Below are positions 51,429 through 62,411 of a stretch of 64,000 bases of DNA, in pieces. The stretch is from Trypanosoma brucei (taxonomy: Eukaryota). The DNA lies in the NCBI GenBank assembly GCA_000002445.1, contig CH464491.1, positions 4,096,001 to 4,160,000 on the forward strand, written 5' to 3'. How positions within the stretch are numbered: position 1 is the first letter of the stretch; every line of letters starts with the position of its first letter. The translations under genes and the position numbers were made by a program. The notes below the pieces were generated by a model that was given only the letters and a program-made list of their open reading frames with translations, searched no databases and was not told where the DNA came from.

Positions 51429-54293
51429 TTACCTGATTTTACGAAGGGACTGTTCCGGGGCGCTGACAAAGCCGTAGTGAGCAGCAAGTGCCACTTCGCG
51501 TTCACTCAACTTCTGCTTCCGATCTATTCTGCTCATATTTGCCTTCATCAACTCGCAAAGATCCTGCACTGCCGCCTCCACAGCGGAATTCACCTTGCTG
51601 TCTCTACGACGCAGGAACCCCGTGATCTCTGCACCGAGTATTAGCTCATCCTGTACGCTCAGGGAACCAAAGTTCTTCGTAGCGAAGCGAAGGATATCGA
51701 TAGCGCGAACCGCATCGACGGAAGATATGTACAGGCCTGTAACCACAGCGTTGACCACTTGGCGGGGTTTATTTAGCAACTGTGCAAGATGTTTCGTATC
51801 CAGATTTTGTGATAAACGATAAAGCTCCCCCTGCGGGACAGCGGCGCCAAGCCGGTGTCCCACTGCCATCTGACTGAAAAGAAATGTGTTAGGTTGTAAT
51901 GTCCTCGACCGTGCAATATCCAGTAGCCGCGTCGTCACAAATGCAGCGGCCATCACCTTATAAGTCCCCAGAGCATCCACGTACGCCGAATCGTCTACCT
52001 TCCCACACTCAGCACCATTCCGGCCACTACCACCACTATTTGTAGATAACTGTGGCCACGCGTCTAGTAGACGGATCCAGTAGGCTACCTCAGCTACATC
52101 GACAAAGAGACCCCGTGACGACGCTAGGAGACTTGACGCCTTGTTCAGCGTTTCACAGACAATCCGATGGCAAAAACGGTGCTGATCAGTGCGACACAAT
52201 GCAACGGAAAACTCACCCAAAAGAGCAGCAGACTGAATATCTGCAAGGTTATCAAGCCTTGACAAGGGCCCATGGAGGAGTGCAAAAAGTGTCTCGTTGG
52301 CAAATTGTCGCAAATCAGCAAGGCCGACGAAAGCGAACACGGCGTCGATGAACGGCAAGGTCGTCACCTCTTCATGGGTTAGGAAAGAGCCCACATTCAA
52401 CGATAGGTGAAGTGGGGCCCGTACAAAGCGGCTGACACCTGCCCTTCCTAAATACCTCAAGAGCAAGCACTTCTGCCGCGGCTGCAAAGAAACCGATCGG
52501 TGGGGTATGCTACTCACGGTGTCCGATAGAAAGGTAAGTGCCCGCAACTGATGTCTGGCGACAACTCCCAACACACGAAGCCGTTCAAATTCCGTGAGAC
52601 ACCGCTTCTGAACTATATTCACAACCGCGTAATAGTCCGACTTCGCCCGTATGCCAAGCTTCGACATGGACGTCAGATAACGGACCAAGTGCGATGTTGG
52701 AACCAAATGAAACCCATCTTGCTTGGCTTGTATCCGCTGCTGCAGTAAAGACAACGTAGGCCGCACCACCGAAGGGTCATAAGGTTCATGACCTCTAGCT
52801 TCCGCATACACTACGCCGCACGCTTCATTAACAATTTGCATAGCATCCAACAGATTGTAAGAGTCAGCATATCTCACGATAGCCCTGCACCACACCGCAA
52901 GGGAAAAGATGGTGGTATCGGCGCTGGTGTTGAAGTGGGGATCGACGTCACTTCGCAATCGGCGCGGCTGCCCAGGCGTTTGCTTCGAGCGAGGCTTAGC
53001 AATGCCCCACAGGAAAACTGCAGCAAAGAGTTGCGCACGTTGCCATGGTGTAAACTTCTCCAAATGATTGTACGGCATGCAAAACAAACGTTCGACCAGT
53101 GACGGGGGAAACTCTAAACACCCCACTGTAGCCTCCTCAGCGAGCAGTGTAAGTGCCGGAAGCACGTAAGTAACACAGTCACTGCAGGAGGAGCCACGCT
53201 TTACCACGTCTGCTAATAAACTGTCCAAAAGTTTCACAATAACTTGGGCTACAAACCGTTGTTCAGTGCAAGAAATATCATTGTCACTGCGAGACCATCG
53301 GAGTGCCACAATGAGCGATTCGATGGAGGTGGACAACTGCGAAGACGACATCGCACGACGCACCTGTTCGTCGTTCAACCGCTTCAGTAACGTTGCGAAA
53401 AGTACATGGTGATAAATTCGGAGACCCACGATACGCACTACCCACGCGCTCACTTGCGACGGTGAAAGCGACATAACTATCAACCTGAGACGGTCAAATA
53501 TCACAAGCACAAGCGCCCGGCACTCATCGGGAACATGGCGAAGTGGCCCGCCATCTGAATGCTTCCGATTCGTCGTAGAACATTGCTGCGCTAGGTTGGT
53601 AAGTGCATCCGGTCTCCCACTTGAAGATGTACGAACTGTCATCGCGTCAACAAGTGTGACAAGGTCCTGCTTGCCAAAGAAATCAAGCCTACATTCGATT
53701 ACTCGACACACTTCACAGAGTTCCTGTGACCTTCCAAGTTGTGTCTGATTATCTCCTGCAGCACCCTCAGTAGCGGACGGTGCCAGAGAAGGCTGCGGTT
53801 CCTGCATGGCTTCAACAATGACACGGACGATTCCGATAAGTTCAACAGGGCCACTCACCACATTTATGAGCGTCACCACACGGCTGCGCAACATCAACAC
53901 TAACTTCCTGCGCACGCACGAGTATGGCATGATTTTCAGCAACCCTTCCATAACAAGAATACACTCCGAAGGGGAAAGGTCATCCCCATCGGCAAGAATA
54001 ACGTCCTGCATATTATGCAATTGTGCAATCAGTGTCTCATCCATACCCTCGTGGACACACTCTTGTTCGCGGACACTACAGGCGAGGGCGTGAAAAATGT
54101 TAGCACGGGATCGAACATCCGTCATGGAAAACACATTATTCAGAGAGCACATGAGGCTGGTATCCCTTAGATTCAATACACCCAGCACCCTTAGAGCGTG
54201 GGTTGTCATGCCGGAGTTAACGGGGGAAATTACCCCAGGATGTCCAGCCCGCAGGGCGAGAAGCCGCAAACGTTTGGCGCTACTAAAGGTCAT
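51429..54293 (-). CDS. hypothetical large protein (~954 aa), helical repeat-like, with a possible mitochondrial presequence
   Basis: The ORF-track start is TTG followed by ~84 codons of translated pyrimidine-rich spacer (FVFFFFLCSPFLP.., VPFTLFFCLYPP). I trimmed to the ATG at 54291..54293 (MTFSSAKRLRLLALRAG..). No family recognised. Confidence 0.45.
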   Translation of the reverse strand: MTFSSAKRLRLLALRAGHPGVISPVNSGMTTHALRVLGVLNLRDTSLMCSLNNVFSMTDVRSRANIFHALACSVREQECVHEGMDETLIAQLHNMQDVILADGDDLSPSECILVMEGLLKIMPYSCVRRKLVLMLRSRVVTLINVVSGPVELIGIVRVIVEAMQEPQPSLAPSATEGAAGDNQTQLGRSQELCEVCRVIECRLDFFGKQDLVTLVDAMTVRTSSSGRPDALTNLAQQCSTTNRKHSDGGPLRHVPDECRALVLVIFDRLRLIVMSLSPSQVSAWVVRIVGLRIYHHVLFATLLKRLNDEQVRRAMSSSQLSTSIESLIVALRWSRSDNDISCTEQRFVAQVIVKLLDSLLADVVKRGSSCSDCVTYVLPALTLLAEEATVGCLEFPPSLVERLFCMPYNHLEKFTPWQRAQLFAAVFLWGIAKPRSKQTPGQPRRLRSDVDPHFNTSADTTIFSLAVWCRAIVRYADSYNLLDAMQIVNEACGVVYAEARGHEPYDPSVVRPTLSLLQQRIQAKQDGFHLVPTSHLVRYLTSMSKLGIRAKSDYYAVVNIVQKRCLTEFERLRVLGVVARHQLRALTFLSDTVSSIPHRSVSLQPRQKCLLLRYLGRAGVSRFVRAPLHLSLNVGSFLTHEEVTTLPFIDAVFAFVGLADLRQFANETLFALLHGPLSRLDNLADIQSAALLGEFSVALCRTDQHRFCHRIVCETLNKASSLLASSRGLFVDVAEVAYWIRLLDAWPQLSTNSGGSGRNGAECGKVDDSAYVDALGTYKVMAAAFVTTRLLDIARSRTLQPNTFLFSQMAVGHRLGAAVPQGELYRLSQNLDTKHLAQLLNKPRQVVNAVVTGLYISSVDAVRAIDILRFATKNFGSLSVQDELILGAEITGFLRRRDSKVNSAVEAAVQDLCELMKANMSRIDRKQKLSEREVALAAHYGFVSAPEQSLRKIR

Positions 54294-54576
54294 GGGGTCC
54301 GTAACTGAAAGAACGGGAGGATACAAACAAAAAAACAGGGTGAAGGGTACCCAAAACCCACACCACACACCAATACCCCCTCGCCCTTCTTCGACCTGAT
54401 ACAGACGCGGCAAGAAGGGAGAGCAAAGAAAAAAGAAAAAGACAAAGGAGGAGTTCAAACATGTTGGTATACTAACGAACCACAAAGCAGACCTGAGGTT
54501 GCAGAAAAATACACCCCAACACCGGGATACAGGAGGCATCACCAACGAAAATCCGCTTTACTGGGAAATAGAACAA

Positions 54577-55171
54577 GAAAAAAAATCCTAAAGAACAAAA
54601 AGTACCAGAGAGGAGCCAGTGCGAGCTTAGAAGCGAAGGCGCTGGAAGAACCAACGGTTGTTACCGGCGTTGTAGCGGGCCTGAAACAGACGTTTCACCA
54701 ACTGCTTCGACTTCGCCTTCTTCGATGCGTCGGAAACATTGATGCGACCGCGCAGTTCACGCGAGAGGTCCATGTTGTATCGGGTTGGTAGAAAGTGCTT
54801 GTGATTCACAACGCGGAGGAACACACCAACTTGCGAGCGGCGTGTGATGGAGCGCTTGCTCATCCCGCGCACAACCTTTCTTGGGTATTTTTTAATTCCG
54901 GCGAGCAACGAATGACCGTACGGGCGCTCCTTGTTCCTCGTATCCGTGTTCTGCACGATCACAGCCTTCTTGCCGGCATACCGGCCCGAAGTCATGATCA
55001 CAACCTTGCCGGGCTTCAGAAACTTCATCACTGCCAGCACACTAATCCAGTGGGAAATGACAAGAAATAAAAGGACAGCAGATGGGAGATAGCAAGGGTA
55101 ATAAAGAGTGAGTATACAAACAGGTTTCAAAGGCATTGGAACGGTGCCGGTGGAAAAACCATTCGGGAAAA
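54577..55171. repeat. ~595-bp direct repeat carrying a complete L27 gene, copy B
   Basis: See copy A. Confidence 0.9.
54627..55028 (-). CDS. RPL27: 60S ribosomal protein L27 (133 aa), copy 2
   Basis: Nucleotide-identical CDS to copy 1. ATG at 55026..55028. Confidence 0.9.
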   Translation of the reverse strand: MKFLKPGKVVIMTSGRYAGKKAVIVQNTDTRNKERPYGHSLLAGIKKYPRKVVRGMSKRSITRRSQVGVFLRVVNHKHFLPTRYNMDLSRELRGRINVSDASKKAKSKQLVKRLFQARYNAGNNRWFFQRLRF

Positions 55172-56094
55172 AGTGGTCTAACCATGCTGAAATTGACAGG
55201 GAATTTTCAGATACATGAAAGCAGAAATCAAAGGAGAAAATGGAAATGAAATCTATAAACAATGCCAAATAACAATTATAATATAAGATGGAATCCAAAC
55301 TACAAGTGGAGTGAGTGACGGCGACCAGTGACTCGGCGGTATTATTTTCCCAAAGTGCTACAAAAGTACGAGCTAAAGCTGCAAGCAGCAATGGCGAAAT
55401 CACTGGTCAGGGAAAGGAAAAGGTGTCGGTGGTGCAATAAGAGAAGCGCTAGTAAAGCGGGAGGGGAAGGCGGCAGTGAATAAGATCGTCTTAATGTCGC
55501 AAGGAACATCATTTCCCCCGTCTTTCTCTAATCTGCCGGTGCGTTTCCCACCATAACTTCCAAATCGACGCATGCACACATTTAGTTCCTTCTCACATTG
55601 TCTCAACATGTTTCTTTATTGCCAAAATCGGTGTTGCCGCGCCCCCGACTCCCTCACTAAACTCCCGTTGGTATTCACCAGTCCTTTAATGTTTAGCCCC
55701 CTCCCACTCCACACACACACACACAAGTACCTGGTAACCGCGTAATTTTTTCCTTTTTGTTTTCCTTTTGCGTTGCTTTTGTTGTTATTCCCATTGACCT
55801 GACCAGCTTTCGTCTCCGACGAAATTTAGCGGGTGCACCCGCCACCTTACAAACTGTTCAGTAAGGGGGAAAGTGAAAAAAAAAAAGAAACCAAATATAT
55901 TCATTTTGTTCGTTTGAGCTAACCGTTTGCTTTATTACGTTTTCTCACCTTTTTATTTACCTTACCTTTTTGTCCGTTTCCCTCTCTTACCATTCTTCCT
56001 CCCTATTAGCATTCTCTCAGAATATGAACACAGTCACGGCTCTCACCTCCCTTTTCCCACATCACCTGCGCGCACCTGAACACACGCATGTTCA

Positions 56095-56205
56095 CATATA
56101 TGCATGTATATATGATATATGATACATATGTATATGTATATGTATGTATATATGTATGTATATGTACGTATATATATGTATATATATATATATACAGAAG
56201 CAGCG
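56095..56205. repeat. compound (TA)n/(TATG)n/(TATGTA)n microsatellite
   Basis: tatatgcatgtatatatgatatatgatacatatgtatatgtatatgtatgtatatatgtatgtatatgtacgtatatatatgtatatatatatatata read directly. Lies in the 1.6-kb spacer upstream of L27 copy 2. Confidence 0.8.
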
Positions 56206-56639
56206 ACAAGTATGCTGGACAAAGCATTCCTTCCCGCTTCCGAGATTAATACCACCCCTCGAGCCCTCAAATTATTCCTCACACCCCGCTTCGTGACCAA
56301 CAGCATCTCCCACTCGTAACAATAGCACCTTACTCGTCCAAGAGACACCCATCCATGCGACCTCTTACACGAAAGCGAGTTGTTGCCGCCAAATGGTTTA
56401 GAATGACTTGGAAGTATGCCAACTTACATGTTTGCGCGCGGAAGCAAGGAAAACTAACGTGGCTCAGGGGGGGGGGGTACTCGAAGACAAAAATATCAGG
56501 AAAAACTCAGATGATGCAAAAGTGTGTGGACCAACAGTATTAAATAAAAGGAAGAGAGAAAGTGTGGCTGTATCAATCCTCTCCCCGTTGCAGAAACCGA
56601 GTGAGGGTTAACAACAATAGCAGAGAGAGAGAGAGCCAC

Positions 56640-57236
56640 CTAGCTTTTCAGCAGCTGCTCCTCCGCATGTGCCCAGTTTACCACGTTCCAAAATGTTTGC
56701 ACGTAGGCCGGACGGTCATTCTTGTAATCAATATAGTAAGCATGCTCCCAAACATCGCAGGCGAGAATCGGCTTGAGATCCGCTTCAGTCAGTGGGCAAC
56801 CGGCGTCATGCGTTTGAAATACTTTCAGTTTTTTTGTGGTGGTGTCCTGCACAAGCCACGCCCAACCAGAGCCGAAGTGGCCCACCGCCGCATTAGTGAA
56901 CTCCTCCTTGAATCTGGCGAAGCTGCCGAATGAGTCGGCGATGGCGTCCGCGAGTTTACCGCTGGGCTCCCCGCCGCCGTTGGGAGATATGCTCTCCCAG
57001 TAGAAGTCGTGGTTAAATATTTGCGCCGCAAGGTTGAAGATGGGGCCTTTTTCTGTTCGGATGATTTCCTCAACACTCTTCGCCGCGACAGCTGCATTGC
57101 ACGCTGCGACCGCATTCAATTTCGTCACATAACCCATGTGATGCTTGTCATAGTGAAACGTCACCTGTTCCTTCGATATGCCCTTTGCGGCTAATCCATC
57201 GTACCCCCACGGAAGTGGTGGAATGCTGAAGGTCAT
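56640..57236 (-). CDS. SODB: iron superoxide dismutase, cytosolic/glycosomal type (198 aa)
   Basis: True ATG (cat at 57234..57236). MTFSIPPLPWGYDGLAAKGISKEQVTFHYDKHHMGYV... ..AAQIFNHDFYWES.. ..GSGWAWLV.. ..DVWEHAYYIDYKNDRPAYV.. are Fe-SOD signature blocks with all metal-ligand His/Asp present. Confidence 0.9.
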   Translation of the reverse strand: MTFSIPPLPWGYDGLAAKGISKEQVTFHYDKHHMGYVTKLNAVAACNAAVAAKSVEEIIRTEKGPIFNLAAQIFNHDFYWESISPNGGGEPSGKLADAIADSFGSFARFKEEFTNAAVGHFGSGWAWLVQDTTTKKLKVFQTHDAGCPLTEADLKPILACDVWEHAYYIDYKNDRPAYVQTFWNVVNWAHAEEQLLKS

Positions 57237-57659
57237 TGTATGATTTTAGCGTCAAGAAAACGGGGTGTCCTCTGACTTGTTTTGTCAGCCTCTGTCAATC
57301 AATTTTCCAGATAAGTACTTTCCGGTATTCAGGTGTGACTCCTCTTTGCTAACACTCAACACTAGTACTACCTTAAAAGAATTGTCTTTGCTTCCTATTT
57401 CACTTTGAGGTCGTATTCCAACTGCAACATATGGGGATAGAGTGAGAAACAAAAGGAGTTGTGCCAAAACTGAATGACGCGCAGTTTAATCGAAAGAGTA
57501 GTTGGAACCATTCAACTTACATGACAAGCAAAATGCCAACCACCTAGGGTCAGACACCTGCTCTCACTAAGATGAGGTATACCAAACATGAGGGTATAAA
57601 ACATACCATGCCCCTACATACGCCCGTACGCTACAAATTATACGCTGAATGTACACCCG

Positions 57660-58130
57660 TCACTCATCGCACAACTGTGAAACATAGCGCTCAAGTTCCT
57701 CCAGCGAGCTTCCTGGCTGAAGCTTCACGCATGGGAGTCCGGCACGATTGCACACAACCTTGGTGTAATTCCACCGTATAGGTCCAAGTGACGACTGAAT
57801 CATTTGAAACAGAGGGTGTGTATTCGGCCCCTTCAGGTTAACTTTATCAAACACAGGAAAGTTAATTCCATTACGAGCCACCCAACAGCAAATCTCATCC
57901 CTCTTCTTCGGCTCTTGATTTCCAAATTGAGAGCACGGAAAGGCTAAGACAGTGAAACTTCGTGAGGCCCATTTTTGCTGAACGTGTATAAGGTGTTGAA
58001 TGTTTGAAGATGTAAAAGAGCAGAGGGACGCAGTGTTAACAAGAACCGTTACACAACCAGCATACTTGGACAGCATCACTGCGTTACCGTCCATTAGAAC
58101 CGAGTGAGAAAAAATGGCGCCGCCATTCAT
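57660..58130 (-). CDS. non-selenium glutathione peroxidase-like protein (tryparedoxin peroxidase-type), ~156 aa
   Basis: GPx blocks: VNTASLCSFT (peroxidatic Cys where Sec/Cys is expected), LAFPCSQFGNQEP (catalytic Gln), WNYTK (catalytic Trp). The ORF-track start at 58199 is GTG (cac at 58197..58199); I trimmed to the ATG of MNGGAIFSHSVLMDG.. (58130), which also restores the typical GPx N-terminus. Confidence 0.8.
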   Translation of the reverse strand: MNGGAIFSHSVLMDGNAVMLSKYAGCVTVLVNTASLCSFTSSNIQHLIHVQQKWASRSFTVLAFPCSQFGNQEPKKRDEICCWVARNGINFPVFDKVNLKGPNTHPLFQMIQSSLGPIRWNYTKVVCNRAGLPCVKLQPGSSLEELERYVSQLCDE

Positions 58131-58535
58131 AGGGCACGACTCGTTTAAAAGTACTTTACGTAACAAAGAAGAAGAGGGAAAAGAAAGCAGTCGGGTCACC
58201 GTTACTAATTCAACTGATAGTCATACGGGATTGAAGTTAAAAGCGTCGTATTGAAGGTGAAATGCAACAGCAGGCTAAACCTTTACACTTGAAAACACAC
58301 GAACGGATGCGGGAGTCCTGGATTCAAGAAATAAGCAAACAATCGGCTGCTGCTTTGTTGTTCCTGTCTTTTTCCTCACCACTTGGAAAGTCAGCTGAAG
58401 GAAACAAAAGCAGCAAAAACTCACGACAGCATGCGGAACTTCTTCAGAGATGGAGACATTTGGTTCATCCCATCGCGGTAAAACCTCCACCAGAAGCGAA
58501 AAAAATGTGATTGGCTTTGCATTCATCCTTCACAA

Positions 58536-59009
58536 TCACCTCTTCACCGCGGGCTGCTGTGTGTGGCTATGATATTTATCCACGGCCTCCTTTACTGCCT
58601 CAGTGAAGGCAGGTATGCGAATAGGTTGCCCGATGCCTCCTTCATCAATTATGTTAAACGGGTTTTTCACTACGTACTCCACATACAGTGAGTGCAACTG
58701 GCGAAAGAGCGCATTACACTCATAGGTGTGGTGGTCGGAAACGAGAACGAACTTTACAAGAGATGGGGTCTCGTAAATGTGTACATTGTGCTCCGCGAAC
58801 TCCAGTAGCGTCATCCCAGCACTATCCACAGGGTTGGCGTTCGGCGTTAATTCCTGCGACATACCGAAGGTGGAGAAGAGGATGCTAGACATTGTGAGTT
58901 GTAGATCAGGCTTTGCTCCAAGCTCTCCAATACTGTTCTGCGCGGTGAAACTGGACTTAGCAATGAGCTGACCTGACTGGTTTATGATCCAGAGCAAGTG
59001 AACTGTCAT
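58536..59009 (-). CDS. sybindin/Bet5-like TRAPP complex subunit (157 aa)
   Basis: True ATG (cat at 59007..59009). Size and pattern (MTVHLLWIINQSGQLIAKSSF... hydrophobic N-terminal strand, ..YETPSLVKFVLVSD.. longin-like core) fit TRAPPC1/Bet5. Family-level call only. Confidence 0.5.
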   Translation of the reverse strand: MTVHLLWIINQSGQLIAKSSFTAQNSIGELGAKPDLQLTMSSILFSTFGMSQELTPNANPVDSAGMTLLEFAEHNVHIYETPSLVKFVLVSDHHTYECNALFRQLHSLYVEYVVKNPFNIIDEGGIGQPIRIPAFTEAVKEAVDKYHSHTQQPAVKR

Positions 59010-59528
59010 GGCTTGTGTGGAGAAAGGGTCAGTTACCGAGATATTCTAACGTTTCTTACAACCCCGGCCCTTCCAGCTCCTTGGTTTGATCCAAATAAAC
59101 GGAAAATTCACAAAAAAAAGGCAAAGAAATTTATGCATATACTTATTTAGAATAGCCGTTATAGTTGCTGCTAATGTATATATATATATATCGATGGTAA
59201 AGAGAAACCACGAACAAGCACCATCACGAAAAGAAACATGTGATTAATTAAATACGTATTAGTTTAGTGCAAAAAGAAACTATTTTCTTTGAGCTGACTT
59301 AAAACGAACCGCTAAAAAAGCTCGCGCTCGTAAGGGAATCACGCACGAGAAGCAGTTTTTCACTGCGACTGTTACCCGTCCATGCTTTCAGCCACCTGCA
59401 CAATACCAATACCCACCAATTCAACTATACCAAGACCTCAGCGCAGAGGGTATTGTTAGCGTAATAAAGAAGGAAAGGTTCACCCCCTTTACTTTTTCAC
59501 CTTGGGTACTCGTGTGGAGACAGGTTAC

Positions 59529-62411
59529 TCACTCCCACGGTGGCAGTCCATCGTCGACCTCCCCTACCTTAGCGCCCTCTGAAATGCCACGTGGTAAAGG
59601 ACTTGCGGTACACAGAACTGGCTCCCAAATGGTATTAATGGTTCCCCTCACTGCGTCTCTACCCGCGGCAGTGGCCCATACATACACAGTGATCACATTT
59701 TGCCGCTTATCTTCACCCTTCCCCGCACGGTCATCACCTTCGTCATCCTCCCAAGGTTCGCCTTCTTCCAGAGTGAGGCAGCGCGACGAAATGTCAAGAG
59801 CTAAAAGACCTCTCGACTTTGGACGGCTTGCAATCCATACCTCCCCTTGAACCCACAAAACCACAGCATGGCGGTAACATTCATCTAACCCCGCAACTTC
59901 CAGCAACCTCGCCAGACGCGATGGCTCAACTGGACGACCAGTGCAGGTGACGGTTATCTCGTGCAGCGAAGATTCATCATACGACGTCTGATCACCACCG
60001 TCCCCTTCCTTTCCAATGGGTGGCGTTTCGATAGGGCGCCGCGAAACAATGCCAGCGCAGAGCATAAGTTCACCGTTCAGTTCATGTGCAAGCTGCAGCA
60101 GACCCCACATCTCCGACGTGAACTTCTGCTGATCTTCCTCTGCGGTCACAAGCACATCCGATAGCATTATACTATAGATGAAGGCAGAGGCCGAATCGGC
60201 TCCATCGTCGGCTCCCTGAAGGATCATTTCACTCACACCTGAAAAAAGAAGAGTCACCAACCGTGGCCGAGCTCCCTTCTCGGACCAGTACGTCAACTGT
60301 TCCTCGGAAAAAACATTCACGTCTACATCACACTGAAGGCAAAGGACGAGAGTAGTTTTCCCCGCCTGCATCGTCTCCCGAGCACCCTGGAGGATTTCGC
60401 AACGAGGGGTTTCGTTCCCTACACGTAACACACATTCAGTGAGATGCTCCCGAGCCACTTGCATGGATTGCCCTGAGGTGTCACCAGGGGAACAAACAAC
60501 CAACAGCTCGAGCCCTTCTAACGGCCTCCTCATTCCCGAAGCCGGTTCCACCTCAGATGTTCTCCTGCCTGCCACACCCAAAACATCGTCTCCAAATACG
60601 CCAAGCCCCTTTAGAGGAATATATAGCCCAACATCGTAGGCACTGCGAACGGCGCATTGCAACTGCTGCACTATCTTCCTATCTGCACACGACTGCAACA
60701 TCCTAAGTGCTCTTGTGTAGCCAAACCAGTCATACGGTTCATTGAAGTCCTCCTCATCCTCCACGGCATCACCCGCACCCTCTGCAGGTGGTGTCACTGC
60801 CAGGGCAACATACATCATCCTACTGGTGGTTATTCCCGTATCCGCGTCCTTCTCATAGACACACGTCGGTGGAATATAACTTGGCAAGTAGAAATTATCT
60901 GGGCTGATATCACAGTGCTCACAGAGGGCACGCTCCGCACACTCCATCGAGGATTCCTCCGAGGATGTGTGAAGCAAGTAAGGCAGCCGCACTCCCTCGT
61001 ATTCTTCATCCAAACTACGTACAAGCACGCATTTTCGACCGCGAACAAGTAAAGCACCATACGCATGGGCCACCTCAGACACGTTGTATGCAGGCACCTG
61101 GGCCATTGAACACACCGTCATTGAGCGTCGTTCTTGATTCTTTGTGAGAAACACGGCACTCGTCACCTGCAGCGAGGTGCGGCCCTGCTCATCCCGTTTA
61201 ACGAAGGACCGAAGACGAACTGCCACGCCTTTGATAGACTTGTGTACGGATGACGTGCCACTACTGGAACACTTGAGCACCTCATGCATCCCTGTAACGT
61301 ACACCCGACCTTGCGTCGTGCCCAACGTCGTCGCCGCTGCATCCATGATGCGCCCTTCGACGACAACGCAGGTAGAACGTTTACAGTTCGGCAGAGACAT
61401 GAGTCCAAATACCTCTTCCGAGGTTCCCACCCCTCTGCAAACTGGTGGAAACTCACTTTTCCCCAAACCCCGCTCATGGTCTCCGCATTCATATTCTTCT
61501 TCATCCTCGCACTCTTCCCCATCATCGCTTTCCAGGGGACTGCTTCCCATGTCTTCTTCACCGCAACCTGAAGATGACAGAGGGCTGAGTGTCACCTGCT
61601 GCTCTGTTCGTTTCGTAACGGCGCTCAGAACAAAGTCAATGCGATAAACACGTGGGGCACTGTGCCGGGTCTCAAGAGCCACCTTCGTCCCATCAGCACT
61701 GATACCCGCTTCCCTCAGTATAGCAGCAAAAAGTGATGGTTCGACGTTGCTCGAGACTGACCACGATTCGAGGGCAGATGTGGCGGCAAAATCTGTCAGA
61801 AACTCATTCCAACCATTCACAGCGGATACATCGGAAAGTACGACAACGATCTCTGGCTTTGGATAACCACGTTCAGGGACTCGCTTTCCCATCACTTGGA
61901 ACAACGCCAGAAACGGGTGTATAGATGGTGGGCAAACGAGAAGCAGGCGCTGTACAAGCCGATCTGTGTGTCCCAGTGTCTTTTCGCCCATAAAAATATA
62001 CTTAAAGGCGAGCACGCCTGACACGCCAGCGGCAACCATGGTTCCGTTGTGGGGGTTGAGCTTCGCAACGACGTTGGCGAGTCGCTTCACTATGGGACCC
62101 ACCGTTGTTGAAACCTGCTCCTCACGCTCCATCGAATCCGGAAGTCCCGTAGTGTCCGCAACGTACATGGCGTGTGTTGTGTTTGGCAGCTGGACAAAGA
62201 GCAGTGAGGCAAGCGGAGACCATTGCATACATGGATGTTGTCGTGGTTTGTCAGCAGACTTGCGGGTTTTCAAAACGATAAGTGGCTGCTCAGGGGAAAA
62301 CACCACTTGATATCCCGGCCTGGTATTTGCAAATGCGTAAAGCCTCACGGACTCGTCCTTAGTTGTGCCAACGACACAGTCGCGATGCCGTCTCTTATCA
62401 GGCCGGCTCAT
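59529..62411 (-). CDS. hypothetical large protein (960 aa)
   Basis: True ATG (cat at 62409..62411; MSRPDKRRHRDC..). Long non-repetitive ORF. No family recognised. Confidence 0.5.
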   Translation of the reverse strand: MSRPDKRRHRDCVVGTTKDESVRLYAFANTRPGYQVVFSPEQPLIVLKTRKSADKPRQHPCMQWSPLASLLFVQLPNTTHAMYVADTTGLPDSMEREEQVSTTVGPIVKRLANVVAKLNPHNGTMVAAGVSGVLAFKYIFMGEKTLGHTDRLVQRLLLVCPPSIHPFLALFQVMGKRVPERGYPKPEIVVVLSDVSAVNGWNEFLTDFAATSALESWSVSSNVEPSLFAAILREAGISADGTKVALETRHSAPRVYRIDFVLSAVTKRTEQQVTLSPLSSSGCGEEDMGSSPLESDDGEECEDEEEYECGDHERGLGKSEFPPVCRGVGTSEEVFGLMSLPNCKRSTCVVVEGRIMDAAATTLGTTQGRVYVTGMHEVLKCSSSGTSSVHKSIKGVAVRLRSFVKRDEQGRTSLQVTSAVFLTKNQERRSMTVCSMAQVPAYNVSEVAHAYGALLVRGRKCVLVRSLDEEYEGVRLPYLLHTSSEESSMECAERALCEHCDISPDNFYLPSYIPPTCVYEKDADTGITTSRMMYVALAVTPPAEGAGDAVEDEEDFNEPYDWFGYTRALRMLQSCADRKIVQQLQCAVRSAYDVGLYIPLKGLGVFGDDVLGVAGRRTSEVEPASGMRRPLEGLELLVVCSPGDTSGQSMQVAREHLTECVLRVGNETPRCEILQGARETMQAGKTTLVLCLQCDVDVNVFSEEQLTYWSEKGARPRLVTLLFSGVSEMILQGADDGADSASAFIYSIMLSDVLVTAEEDQQKFTSEMWGLLQLAHELNGELMLCAGIVSRRPIETPPIGKEGDGGDQTSYDESSLHEITVTCTGRPVEPSRLARLLEVAGLDECYRHAVVLWVQGEVWIASRPKSRGLLALDISSRCLTLEEGEPWEDDEGDDRAGKGEDKRQNVITVYVWATAAGRDAVRGTINTIWEPVLCTASPLPRGISEGAKVGEVDDGLPPWE

